Assembly: GCA_023421675.1 (NCBI GenBank)
Contig: JAEZTC010000009.1
Location: 17,719 to 49,718 of the forward strand
Source of the DNA: Bacillota bacterium
Lineage (GTDB): Bacteria > Bacillota > Clostridia > Acetivibrionales > JANLFN01
Direction: 5' to 3'
Length of the DNA: 32,000 nucleotides
Part shown: positions 8,291-16,592 of the stretch, in pieces
Layout: every line of letters starts with the position of its first letter
Position numbering within the stretch: the first letter of the stretch is position 1
Program-made: the position numbers and the translations under genes
The notes under the pieces: generated by a model
The model's database searches: none
What the model saw: only the letters and a program-made list of their open reading frames with translations
What the model was told of the DNA's origin: nothing

Positions 8291-9612
8291 CAATTATTTC
8301 TTCCCATTCGATCTATGTAATCCCATGTAATGTTTTTGAAGCAGGTTCCTTCCATTAACGGGATACTGACAGCTCTGTTTATTGAAGTATTTTCGGAAAT
8401 GTCCTTTTTAACAGCCTGCTGAGGTTCAGCCCTTTTTAAACTGCTTTCTTCAAGCTGTTTCACCCTGGCTTCAAGCAAATTCAATTTTTTCTCAAGATTC
8501 TCTGCTGTACTTATCAGGTTTGATAGATTTTCGGGTGCTTTTGAAAGTATATCTGGTTGGAGCACATTATCCATTCTATTGTAGGCTGCCTGTTCGGTAC
8601 TGCTTAGAAAAGCCAATTCAAAGCCGTTAATATACCTTCCCGGAACATTAATCACAGGGTGCTGTAACTTATCTGAACTGTCATTGGAATAATAATCAAT
8701 ACAACAGTACTCATCGGTATTATCGTGATTATATTTTTCAACACCCTTCCAGGTTATACCGTTGTTTCTGGAAATACAGTAGTATATTCCGCTTTTATTT
8801 ACCCAAAAACATATAACCGTATCGTGCAGTACAAGTATTGATGAATTGACAAAAGGTTCACTTGCCTTGCAAAGCACCTTTTCATCCCATACATCCGCTC
8901 CAAGGTGTTTTAATGAATACATAAGCTCATTTTTCTGCGGATACTTTTTCTGCCACAGCAAATGGATGTTGTCATGACGGTCAAATTCAGCAGAAATGAG
9001 ATTATAGTCACCATCATATTCAATCAAAGGCTCAAACTGCTCCCATTTACAGTCCTTTGAATTATATTTTCTGAAACCTGCAGCATTTTTTTGCCTTCCC
9101 TTGTTTTTATAAAAAATATAATGATCGTTATTACGGTCAGTTACTCCACAAAAGAAAGCATTTTTCCCTGAAATATAATCAACTGCTGCAGGCCGAGTCA
9201 ATTCACCCTTACCATTTAATACCTGACAAGCAAGTAAGGTCTCATTCAGCTGATGAACCGTGTAAAAGAAAAGTAAAGAGCTGCCGGCCTGCTTTACAAG
9301 AAGCTTGCTTGTCGTGCTTTCGGAACTCTTTTTATTAATAAGGACACTAGCAGGACTCATGTTGTCACCACTGTAAACTCTGTAAAGGATATCACCCCTC
9401 GAATTTTGATATATAAGGTATATGCTGTCATCAAAACATGTACAGAGGTTAAAGGAAGGCAGTGTGTCACTTATAACGATTACAGAGTCGGACCAACTCC
9501 CATTATTGTTTAAAACTCTTGAATGTATTCCCGAACCATTCTGATAGAAAAAATTGATTACCTTTCCATTGGAAAGCCTTATTATGTAATCCTTCTGATC
9601 AATATTGAACAT
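8290..9612 (-). CDS. Hypothetical protein: about six-repeat Asp-box/BNR-like beta-propeller with a C-terminal coiled coil
   Basis: About six repeats of 45-50 aa each end in G-x-x-W-type turns (NNNGSWSD, SKDCKWEQ, GADVWDE, SRNNGITWKG; the last fits SxDxGxTW with D to N). The tail LSNLISTAENLEKKLNLLEARVKQLEESSLKRAE has heptad character. No signal peptide. The ATG at 9612 lies 8 nt after GGGAG, so the track's GTG at 9621 is rejected. Confidence 0.6.
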   Translation of the reverse strand: MFNIDQKDYIIRLSNGKVINFFYQNGSGIHSRVLNNNGSWSDSVIVISDTLPSFNLCTCFDDSIYLIYQNSRGDILYRVYSGDNMSPASVLINKKSSESTTSKLLVKQAGSSLLFFYTVHQLNETLLACQVLNGKGELTRPAAVDYISGKNAFFCGVTDRNNDHYIFYKNKGRQKNAAGFRKYNSKDCKWEQFEPLIEYDGDYNLISAEFDRHDNIHLLWQKKYPQKNELMYSLKHLGADVWDEKVLCKASEPFVNSSILVLHDTVICFWVNKSGIYYCISRNNGITWKGVEKYNHDNTDEYCCIDYYSNDSSDKLQHPVINVPGRYINGFELAFLSSTEQAAYNRMDNVLQPDILSKAPENLSNLISTAENLEKKLNLLEARVKQLEESSLKRAEPQQAVKKDISENTSINRAVSIPLMEGTCFKNITWDYIDRMGRNN

Positions 9613-9713
9613 ATATATCACTCCCTATATCAGTATATTTTCAATACTCATAGAGGTTCCCGGAAAAATATACATCATCAAGCTATCAACAGAATGCCAT
9701 CAACTCCCTGCTA

Positions 9714-10613
9714 TTAAATAATATAATAAAAAGCTTTATCAAGTTTCTTTTTATTCAACTCAGTACTATGCTTTTTATCTATGCTGTTAATATTCTCATT
9801 TTTCAACTCAATTGTATTCTTTTTGGCCAAGTGAACAACATTCTTCCATCCGTATGAATCAATATCAAATACCGGTTCAAAATTATCCCCCCATCGTTTT
9901 AGTACCTGTTTTGCATTATATTCAATAATATTGTTATATTCATCAATTTTTCTCGTGTTATTGTAGTCATGTCGCCTATGAACATATAGTACCTCATCAA
10001 CCCAATGAAAGCGGAACTTTTCAATTAGACGGAATAATACCAGCTTATCCTCCATGTTACGTCCCTCATAAGGATCATCTACCGGCCATCCGCCAATTTC
10101 TCGCAAGGCACTTGTACGATAACAACGTGGCCATAGGGACATATTTGAGAGTAAAAAATCATATCTGTCTTTAAAAATACGACCCCTGCGAACAAATGAA
10201 ATAGGTATATTATCATGTTCCTTCATATATTCAGTTTCTTCATTTACTACCATAATGTTACCGCTGACTACAGCTACATCACCAGGCTGCTTTTTAAACT
10301 CATTTACCAGTGTCTCTAATGTATAAGGGACAAACCAATCATCACTGTCCAATTGAACCATATATGGTGTAGTCACTAATTCCAATGCTATATTCTGTGC
10401 CTTGGACTGTCCAACATTAATCTCATTTTTTACTACTGTTATTCTGGGGTCATTAAGCAAGTTTTCAGCTAACATTAAGCTATCATCAGTAGAAGCATCA
10501 TCTACCAAAATGACCCTCCAATCACTATATGTCTGATTATAGATGCTTTTCAATGCATCTATTAATAATTTCCCCGGATTATAGGATGGGATAAAAATAG
10601 TTATTTCACTCAC
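9714..10613 (-). CDS. GT2-family (GT-A) glycosyltransferase
   Basis: ITIFIPSYNPGKLLIDALKSIYNQTYSDWRVILVDDASTDDS is a canonical GT2 N-terminus. QLDSDDW is the DxD motif. The GTG start overlaps the upstream stop (GTGA). Confidence 0.88.
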   Translation of the reverse strand: MSEITIFIPSYNPGKLLIDALKSIYNQTYSDWRVILVDDASTDDSLMLAENLLNDPRITVVKNEINVGQSKAQNIALELVTTPYMVQLDSDDWFVPYTLETLVNEFKKQPGDVAVVSGNIMVVNEETEYMKEHDNIPISFVRRGRIFKDRYDFLLSNMSLWPRCYRTSALREIGGWPVDDPYEGRNMEDKLVLFRLIEKFRFHWVDEVLYVHRRHDYNNTRKIDEYNNIIEYNAKQVLKRWGDNFEPVFDIDSYGWKNVVHLAKKNTIELKNENINSIDKKHSTELNKKKLDKAFYYII

Positions 10614-11341
10614 GATTCATTTACCTCCTTTTGCAATGCAGCATTAAAATCATTTACCCGTTTTTCATGGTCAAATTTTTCACCTTCAATCAAAATATCC
10701 AGAGCGTGGCCAAAATCAATAGCTATTTTACCTGATTTCTGAGAAATCTCAGGACACATGATTGTAGCAGGAACACCAGCCGCAACTATTGCTATATCGA
10801 AATCAGGAATAGCACAAATTCTATTTATGGTCTTGGACATTTCCTCAAAGCCTTGATGTGTCATGGTTCCTATAACATTAATCCCCAGATCTCTAAATTT
10901 ATCTGCGCCTTCAGCAGAACGTCTTCCGACAATTATAATTTTTTTAGGTTTAAGTAAATCAAAAAAACTTTTAGAGTTTATCATATCAACAGGAATCCAT
11001 GCACTACATATTGACGGAAGTGATAAATTATAATATTCAATAATTTTATCCAGTAGTTCCTGATTATATGGTGTATGATCCCCCAAACCAACCAAATTGG
11101 CCTTTTTCAATGCATTTATCAGATTAATGGCTATTTTATCATTCAGCTCTGATATTCCAGCGTATTTGTGGTAATGGTCAAAGTAGAGATTAATTTTATG
11201 TTCAGGACATATTTTATGACTGACAACATGCATCTCTCCATGACCAAATCGTACAAGTGAATAAGGTTTTTTATGTTTCAAACATGCACATAATTGCTCC
11301 AAGACTTCATCTACTGAAAGCAACCGATTATACAATGCCAC
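10610..11341 (-). CDS. Putative GT-D-fold (DUF1792-like) glycosyltransferase
   Basis: YSLVRFGHGEMHV and the C-terminal IAIDFGHALDIL resemble, from memory, the RFGDGE and DiGh blocks of DUF1792/SP_1767-type enzymes. The GTG at 11341 lies 6 nt after AGAGGTGG, so the track's TTG at 11359 is unlikely. Confidence 0.5.
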   Translation of the reverse strand: MALYNRLLSVDEVLEQLCACLKHKKPYSLVRFGHGEMHVVSHKICPEHKINLYFDHYHKYAGISELNDKIAINLINALKKANLVGLGDHTPYNQELLDKIIEYYNLSLPSICSAWIPVDMINSKSFFDLLKPKKIIIVGRRSAEGADKFRDLGINVIGTMTHQGFEEMSKTINRICAIPDFDIAIVAAGVPATIMCPEISQKSGKIAIDFGHALDILIEGEKFDHEKRVNDFNAALQKEVNES

Positions 11342-11387
11342 TTTAATCCACCTCTGCAAAAAAATTTATTTATCTTTGGTTCAGCTA

Positions 11388-11415
11388 TATATTATGCGGT
11401 ATAAATGAAAAGGTG
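11388..11415 (-). promoter_or_regulatory. SigK-consensus promoter candidate upstream of the GT-D-like/GT2 operon
   Basis: The minus strand reads AC (11415-11414), N17, CATAATATA (11396-11388). This is a full match to AC-N16/17-CATANNNTA. It lies about 45 nt upstream of the GTG at 11341. Confidence 0.45.
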
Positions 11416-11434
11416 AGATTTACATAAGGAGTTG

Positions 11435-12367
11435 TTACATAACTTTATTATCACTATTTATAATTTTATTAATTATTTCGACCAAATCTGCCGCACGTTG
11501 TTCTGTGGAATGCCTCTTTCTGACCATTTTGTATCCCTGCTTGGCAATCTTCATTCTTTCTTTTTCATGAGTTAGGTAGTATTCAGCTTTTTCAACAAAA
11601 TTATCCTCATTTATATCAACAAAATGAACTCCAGGAATAAAACCCAAATTCTCAATCTCTTTTGATGTCGGAGCAAGAAGAAGTGTCTTGCAGGCTGGTA
11701 CTTCGTAATACTTCGATACCGGATAGTGTAAGATACTGTCACAAGTAAAGAATATTTTGGCACGATTAATTTCTCTGGCATATCTTTTACGAACTAATAT
11801 TCTTTCATTTTGAGAAAAGTTACGATAACCTGGATGGGGGTGATATACAAAGCCAGGTTTTGCATTCATTGTTTTTAGAATCTTTTGACGTAATGGATAG
11901 TACGAGTTTACTTCTCCCATTAATAAATAGTTGATATCCTTTGGCAGTTTGTAATCTTTAAAGATATTTGTATTGGCATGATGAGGAAACCAATACATGT
12001 TATCAGTAAAATCAGGATACATCTCATAGAACGCATCCCTATAAATTGAAATAATATTCTTAATCTTTTCACTCCGGATAAGTTCTATTCGACTCTCAGT
12101 ATCGCAATGCAGGTCGTGCAGTGAGATAGCGTAGGGTATAGACAGCTCAGATAATCCTGTAACAGCACTTGATTTAGTCTCGAAGTATTCCCATATTAGA
12201 ATAAAATCAGGTGTAATCTTTAGTTGAGCCAGTATATTTTGAATATTGTCTTCTTTTCCGGTCCAGATAACAAGGTCTACCAGTTTATTCAATTCTGATA
12301 ATAAGAAGTAGATACCCTGACGAAATGTGGAATATTTATAGTCATTAGTTATAACCAGCAGTTTCAT
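11435..12367 (-). CDS. CgeB-like glycosyltransferase (Glyco_trans_1_2 / spore-maturation CgeB family)
   Basis: The C-terminal half, KIFFTCDSILHYPVSKYYEVPACKTLLLAP...HFVDINEDNFVEKAEYYLTHEKERMKIAKQGYKMVRKRHSTEQRAADL, matches the CgeB-type C-terminal domain pattern. RBS is GGAGAG. Confidence 0.65.
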   Translation of the reverse strand: MKLLVITNDYKYSTFRQGIYFLLSELNKLVDLVIWTGKEDNIQNILAQLKITPDFILIWEYFETKSSAVTGLSELSIPYAISLHDLHCDTESRIELIRSEKIKNIISIYRDAFYEMYPDFTDNMYWFPHHANTNIFKDYKLPKDINYLLMGEVNSYYPLRQKILKTMNAKPGFVYHPHPGYRNFSQNERILVRKRYAREINRAKIFFTCDSILHYPVSKYYEVPACKTLLLAPTSKEIENLGFIPGVHFVDINEDNFVEKAEYYLTHEKERMKIAKQGYKMVRKRHSTEQRAADLVEIINKIINSDNKVM

Positions 12368-12485
12368 TATTTACTCTCCATATTAGAATATGTTGTTTTG
12401 TCAACAACACTCCTGTAATATAATATTATTGTCATTGAAAAAGGGTGTATCAGAGGTTGCATTTATATTTGTGATATAGGTATTA

Positions 12486-12494
12486 TGTTATAAT
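12486..12494 (+). promoter_or_regulatory. Extended -10 (TGtTATAAT) upstream of the ECF sigma gene
   Basis: TGTTATAAT lies at 12486-12494, 33 nt before the ATG. No convincing -35 was found. Confidence 0.35.
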
Positions 12495-12527
12495 CAAAAC
12501 ATACAAAATACTTATAGGAGATCTTTT

Positions 12528-13331
12528 ATGCATGTTTCCTTACCTGAATTTGAAGAAATTTATAAGTCCAATTTTGATAAGTTACTAAAGGTCGCCTATA
12601 GAATAACAGGCACAATACATGATGCCGAGGATGTATTACAGGAAGCATATATTAATGCCTTCAAGTCTATTTCTCAATTCAATCAGAAAAGTTCTATAAG
12701 CACCTGGTTGTACAAAATAACACTAAACTGCTCTTTAAAATATATAAAAAAACGTCAAACTTTTCCTGTATCATATATGGCTCGGGAGCAAGGAATCACT
12801 GAAAACGAATTCTTTGAAAAATTAAAATCAATTGAACCGGTTGAAGATGAGGTGCTGTATAATGACATGAGGGAAACATGTATTCAGATGTTCATAGAGT
12901 GCCTCCCTAAAAAGCAGCGTGTATCATTTGTGTTAAAAGTAATAATGGGGTTACCTGCCTATGAGGTTTCAAAAATACTTGATACGTCTGAAAGTGCTGT
13001 TAAGACCAATGTTTTCAGGGCAAGAAAAGCCATAAAAATGCACATAGAAGGAAAATGCTCTCTCATAAATCCCAAGGCACCTTGTCAATGTGCTTTATGG
13101 GTAAACTATGCTGTTAAAACCGGCAAAAAGGGCAGTATTCCCCAATTAAACTCATCAAATAGATCTTTTAATGATCTAAGTAAAAAAATCTCCGGTGAAA
13201 TTAATTTTTTAAATAAAGTTGCTATCCTATATGACAATAAGATACAATCCCTATCATCATCTCAATTTATATCTGCAATGAGAAAAATTATTAGTGGTAA
13301 CACTTCCAGTAGTTTTAAAATATTTTCATAA
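12528..13331 (+). CDS. ECF-type sigma-70 family sigma factor with a C-terminal extension of about 90 aa
   Basis: Region 2 is DAEDVLQEAYINAFKSISQFNQKSSISTWLYKITLNCSLKYIKKR. Region 4 is LPKKQRVSFVLKVIMGLPAYEVSKILDTSESAVKTNVFRARKAI. An extension follows, beginning GKCSLINPKAPCQCALW. RBS is GGAG. Confidence 0.85.
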   Translation: MHVSLPEFEEIYKSNFDKLLKVAYRITGTIHDAEDVLQEAYINAFKSISQFNQKSSISTWLYKITLNCSLKYIKKRQTFPVSYMAREQGITENEFFEKLKSIEPVEDEVLYNDMRETCIQMFIECLPKKQRVSFVLKVIMGLPAYEVSKILDTSESAVKTNVFRARKAIKMHIEGKCSLINPKAPCQCALWVNYAVKTGKKGSIPQLNSSNRSFNDLSKKISGEINFLNKVAILYDNKIQSLSSSQFISAMRKIISGNTSSSFKIFS

Positions 13332-13411
13332 AAATTATATACTTTTGTAACCTTTTTAATGTTTTTGGTATCTAAGAATATGGACTATAAAAACATTAAG
13401 GAGGAATTTAT

Positions 13412-13840
13412 ATGTGTGAAAAAATAGTGGCCCCCTGCGGAATTGATTGTTTTAATTGTGAGATGTACAAGGATAATATAACTCCAGACTTTCAGGAACG
13501 CATTTCAGCCAGAATGGGTGTACCAAAAGAAAAAATAACCTGCAATGGCTGCAAGGACGGCAGTATGTGTTTATTATTGGATATCAGAGGTCTGAAGTGC
13601 AAAACCCTTGAATGTGTAAAAACAAAAGGGGTGGATTATTGCTTCCAGTGCAATGATTTCCCTTGCGAATTCTTAATGCCTGTCGCTGATAACGCTTTGA
13701 AAGTCCCTCACAACATGAAGGTCTACAATCTATGTACCATAAAAAGAATAGGTCTTGAAGCTTTTTGCGAAAAAGCAGCCGATATAAGAAAAACATATTT
13801 CGGAAAGCAATTTGGGATTGGTGAAGGCGGATCAAAATAA
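13412..13840 (+). CDS. DUF3795-like cysteine-rich protein
   Basis: The N-terminal CGIDCFNCEMY is the CGxxCxxC pattern characteristic of DUF3795. There are 17 Cys in 142 aa, including CNGCKDGSMC and CFQCNDFPCEF. RBS is AAGGAGG. Confidence 0.7.
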   Translation: MCEKIVAPCGIDCFNCEMYKDNITPDFQERISARMGVPKEKITCNGCKDGSMCLLLDIRGLKCKTLECVKTKGVDYCFQCNDFPCEFLMPVADNALKVPHNMKVYNLCTIKRIGLEAFCEKAADIRKTYFGKQFGIGEGGSK

Positions 13841-13945
13841 AAAACATTTATCATCCGCCCAATAAAGGAGAGCGTAGCGAAAGCGTACGCAATGCTAAGA
13901 AACCGAACTGTTTTCGCTACTCTTCCAACTTATATGTAATAATAT

Positions 13946-14674
13946 CTATTTAGATATTTTAAAACCACCATCAACAAATATAGTTTCCCCATTAATATAA
14001 TTGGATAAGTCCGATAACAGGAACAATACTACATTGGCAATTTCCTGCGGATCAGCAATCTTCCCAATAGGAATAATGCTTTCAGATAATTCCCTTATTT
14101 GCTGATTATCAAATGACGCTGCTGTCATTCCTGTGTACGTAAATCCAGGAGCCACCGAATTAACACGTATATTGAATCTACTTAAATCCAATGCCATTGC
14201 AGAGGTTAAAGCTACAACGCCTCCTTTTGATGCAGCATAATCCGCCATTTCAGGTTTGAATACCCTTGATCTGATGCAACTAATATTAACAATCCTGCCA
14301 TTTCTTTTTTCAATCATCTTAATTGCAGTATGTTTAGATACTAAAAACATACCTGTTAGGTTAGTAGATATAACATTATTCCATTCATCAACGCTCAAAT
14401 TGTAAAATGGCTTTGAATTAGAAAATATTCCTGCACAATTAGCCAACCCATCTATTCGTCCATATATATCATCAATTTCGTTGATAGCCCCAATTATGTC
14501 CTGTTCATTGCGGATATCAATTCTATAATGTCTATATCTTTCATGAATAATTGAATTATTATTTATATCAAGGCCAATAACAATAGCTCCCTTATCTATT
14601 AATAATTCACTTACACTTTTACCTATACCAGAATTTGCACCAGACACAACCATTATTTTATTCATAAAATCCAT
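13946..14674 (-). CDS. Classical short-chain dehydrogenase/reductase (FabG-like)
   Basis: VVSGANSGIGKS is TGxxxGxG-like. The NAG-type block is NCAGI. The catalytic motif is YAASKGGV (YxxxK). It lies 33 nt downstream of arsC with its own RBS (AAGGGG). Confidence 0.85.
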   Translation of the reverse strand: MDFMNKIMVVSGANSGIGKSVSELLIDKGAIVIGLDINNNSIIHERYRHYRIDIRNEQDIIGAINEIDDIYGRIDGLANCAGIFSNSKPFYNLSVDEWNNVISTNLTGMFLVSKHTAIKMIEKRNGRIVNISCIRSRVFKPEMADYAASKGGVVALTSAMALDLSRFNIRVNSVAPGFTYTGMTAASFDNQQIRELSESIIPIGKIADPQEIANVVLFLLSDLSNYINGETIFVDGGFKISK

Positions 14675-14707
14675 TTAAGGCATCCCCTTACTTATTTTAA
14701 TTTTTAC

Positions 14708-15112
14708 CTAATACAACTTATTACTTCTTATATTATCTATTAATTCAGTTACTTTTCGTTCAATAATATCCCTTACTCTTCTAAATTCTTCAATGGGCTT
14801 ACCTACAGGGTCATCAAGTCCCCAGTCTTCCTTATGCCTGTTGGGAACAAAGGGGCAAACAACACCACAGCCCATAGTAATCAGAATATCAAGTTCAGAG
14901 GGGATTTCATCAAGAGTTTTCGGATACTGTTCAGTAATATCTATACCAGCCTCATTCATAACTTCAATTGCAAGAGGATTTATCTCACTGGTAGGGTGTG
15001 TACCTGAACTGTATACTTCAAACTCATCCTTACCTAATTTTTTCGCAAAGCCTTCCGCCATCTGGCTCCTGCAAGAATTACCGGTACAGACAAATGCAAC
15101 TTTTAGTTTCAT
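14708..15112 (-). CDS. arsC: Arsenate reductase, thioredoxin-coupled LMW-PTP type
   Basis: VAFVCTGNSCRSQMAEG is the CX5R P-loop. TMGCGVVCP supplies the second and third redox Cys. DWGLDDP is present. The ATG at 15112 lies 9 nt after AGGAGGAG, so the longer track ORF is rejected. Confidence 0.9.
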   Translation of the reverse strand: MKLKVAFVCTGNSCRSQMAEGFAKKLGKDEFEVYSSGTHPTSEINPLAIEVMNEAGIDITEQYPKTLDEIPSELDILITMGCGVVCPFVPNRHKEDWGLDDPVGKPIEEFRRVRDIIERKVTELIDNIRSNKLY

Positions 15113-15143
15113 AATGTAAGTCTCCTCCTGCACTTTAGTCATT

Positions 15144-16220
15144 TTACATCTTCTTAATAGGTAAACCGTCCTGATTAAAATATTTTCTCTTGAAAGCTAA
15201 CGCCGCATTAACCAAAGCAATCATTACCGGTACTTCTATTAATGGTCCGATTACTGCAGCAAAGGCCTGACCTGAGCCTATTCCGAATACTGCAACAGCT
15301 ACTGCGATTGCAAGTTCGAAGTTATTACTTGCAGCTGTAAATGACAGTGATACTGTCTGTTCATATTTAAACTTACCAAGATGTGAAATATAAAAGCTTA
15401 TAAAGAACATAACTGCAAAGTATATCAAGAGAGGTACTGCTATTCTCAGTACATCCCCAGGAAGCTTAATAATGTACTGGCCTTTAAGAATAAACATTAC
15501 TACGATGGTGTATAAAAGGAATACAAGTGCAATCGGAGATATTTTAGGTATAAATACCTTCTCATACCATTCCTTTCCCTTTACCTTGATGAGGCTGAAT
15601 CTTGTTATAATTCCCGCTGCAAATGGAATACCGAGATAAATCAGCACACTTTTTGCCACACTCCACATTGAAACTTCTACTATCTGGCCGCCCCATGACA
15701 AGCCAAGCAGTTTTGGTAGAAAGGTAACAAAAATATAAATATAAATAGAGTAGAATACTATCTGAAATATAGAATTAAGCGCAACCAGTGCTGCACAGTA
15801 TTCATTATCACCTTTAGCCAAGGTATTCCATACGATTACCATTGCTATACATCTTGCAAGTCCAATAATAATAATACCTATAGCATATTCAGGTTTATCA
15901 GGCAGAAAAATAACTGCAAGTACAAACATAAGAATAGGACCTATTATCCAGTTCTGTATTAACGAAAATCCAAAAACCTTTTTGTTTTTAGTAACCTTGC
16001 CTATTTCCTCGTACTTAACTTTACAAAGCGGTGGATACATCATTAGTATCAATCCTAAAGCTATAGGCCATGAAATTGTTCCAGTACTCATACTTTCAAG
16101 TGAATCAGCAATTCCAGGAAACAAGTAGCCTGCAGCCACGCCAATTCCCATTGCAAGGAAAATCCAAAGAGTCAGGAAACGATCTAAAAATGATAGCCTT
16201 GCGACTTTATCCTTTTGCAT
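15144..16220 (-). CDS. acr3: ACR3-family arsenite efflux permease
   Basis: [24 protein letters not shown]-terminus, the conserved GLARCIAMV Cys block, and about 10 TM helices across 358 aa. Confidence 0.92.
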   Translation of the reverse strand: MQKDKVARLSFLDRFLTLWIFLAMGIGVAAGYLFPGIADSLESMSTGTISWPIALGLILMMYPPLCKVKYEEIGKVTKNKKVFGFSLIQNWIIGPILMFVLAVIFLPDKPEYAIGIIIIGLARCIAMVIVWNTLAKGDNEYCAALVALNSIFQIVFYSIYIYIFVTFLPKLLGLSWGGQIVEVSMWSVAKSVLIYLGIPFAAGIITRFSLIKVKGKEWYEKVFIPKISPIALVFLLYTIVVMFILKGQYIIKLPGDVLRIAVPLLIYFAVMFFISFYISHLGKFKYEQTVSLSFTAASNNFELAIAVAVAVFGIGSGQAFAAVIGPLIEVPVMIALVNAALAFKRKYFNQDGLPIKKM

Positions 16221-16236
16221 GCATAAACCCCCTCTA

Positions 16237-16572
16237 TTAGTTACAGATATTTTTTGTTTTCAGCCATACCCCCAGGCTTTCCAAATCCTTATTGTATAAA
16301 TCCAGTTTTCGTAAGTTGTCATATACCAGGCTGTCAATAAATTTTGTACCTTCTGTCCTGACAATTGAGTAGTACGCCCATTGGGCATATTTTCTATCTG
16401 AGACCAGACCTGCATTTTTTAAGTATATTAGATGCCTTGAGGCTTTAGTTTGGGTAATTTTCAAAGTCTCCATGATATCGCATACACACAGTTCTCTTTC
16501 ATATAAAAGGTTTATTATCCTTAAACGAGTTTCATCAGATATAGATTTTAAAGCGTTTATTAAATTTTTCAT
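16237..16572 (-). CDS. arsR: ArsR/SmtB-family metalloregulator
   Basis: [27 protein letters not shown] carries the ELCVCD As(III)-binding motif ahead of the wHTH. It is the first gene of the arsR-acr3-arsC set. Confidence 0.9.
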   Translation of the reverse strand: MKNLINALKSISDETRLRIINLLYERELCVCDIMETLKITQTKASRHLIYLKNAGLVSDRKYAQWAYYSIVRTEGTKFIDSLVYDNLRKLDLYNKDLESLGVWLKTKNICN

Positions 16573-16592
16573 AAGTTCACCTCTTTAAATAC

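Noticed and set aside
12368-12400. Perfect TTGACA, and a CATATTCTA box matching the sigK -10, upstream of the CgeB-like gene
   Set aside because: TTGACA lies only 13 nt from the nearest good -10 (TAATAT). The CATATTCTA box has no AC at 16-17 nt upstream and would place the transcription start on top of the RBS. I could not support a promoter call here.
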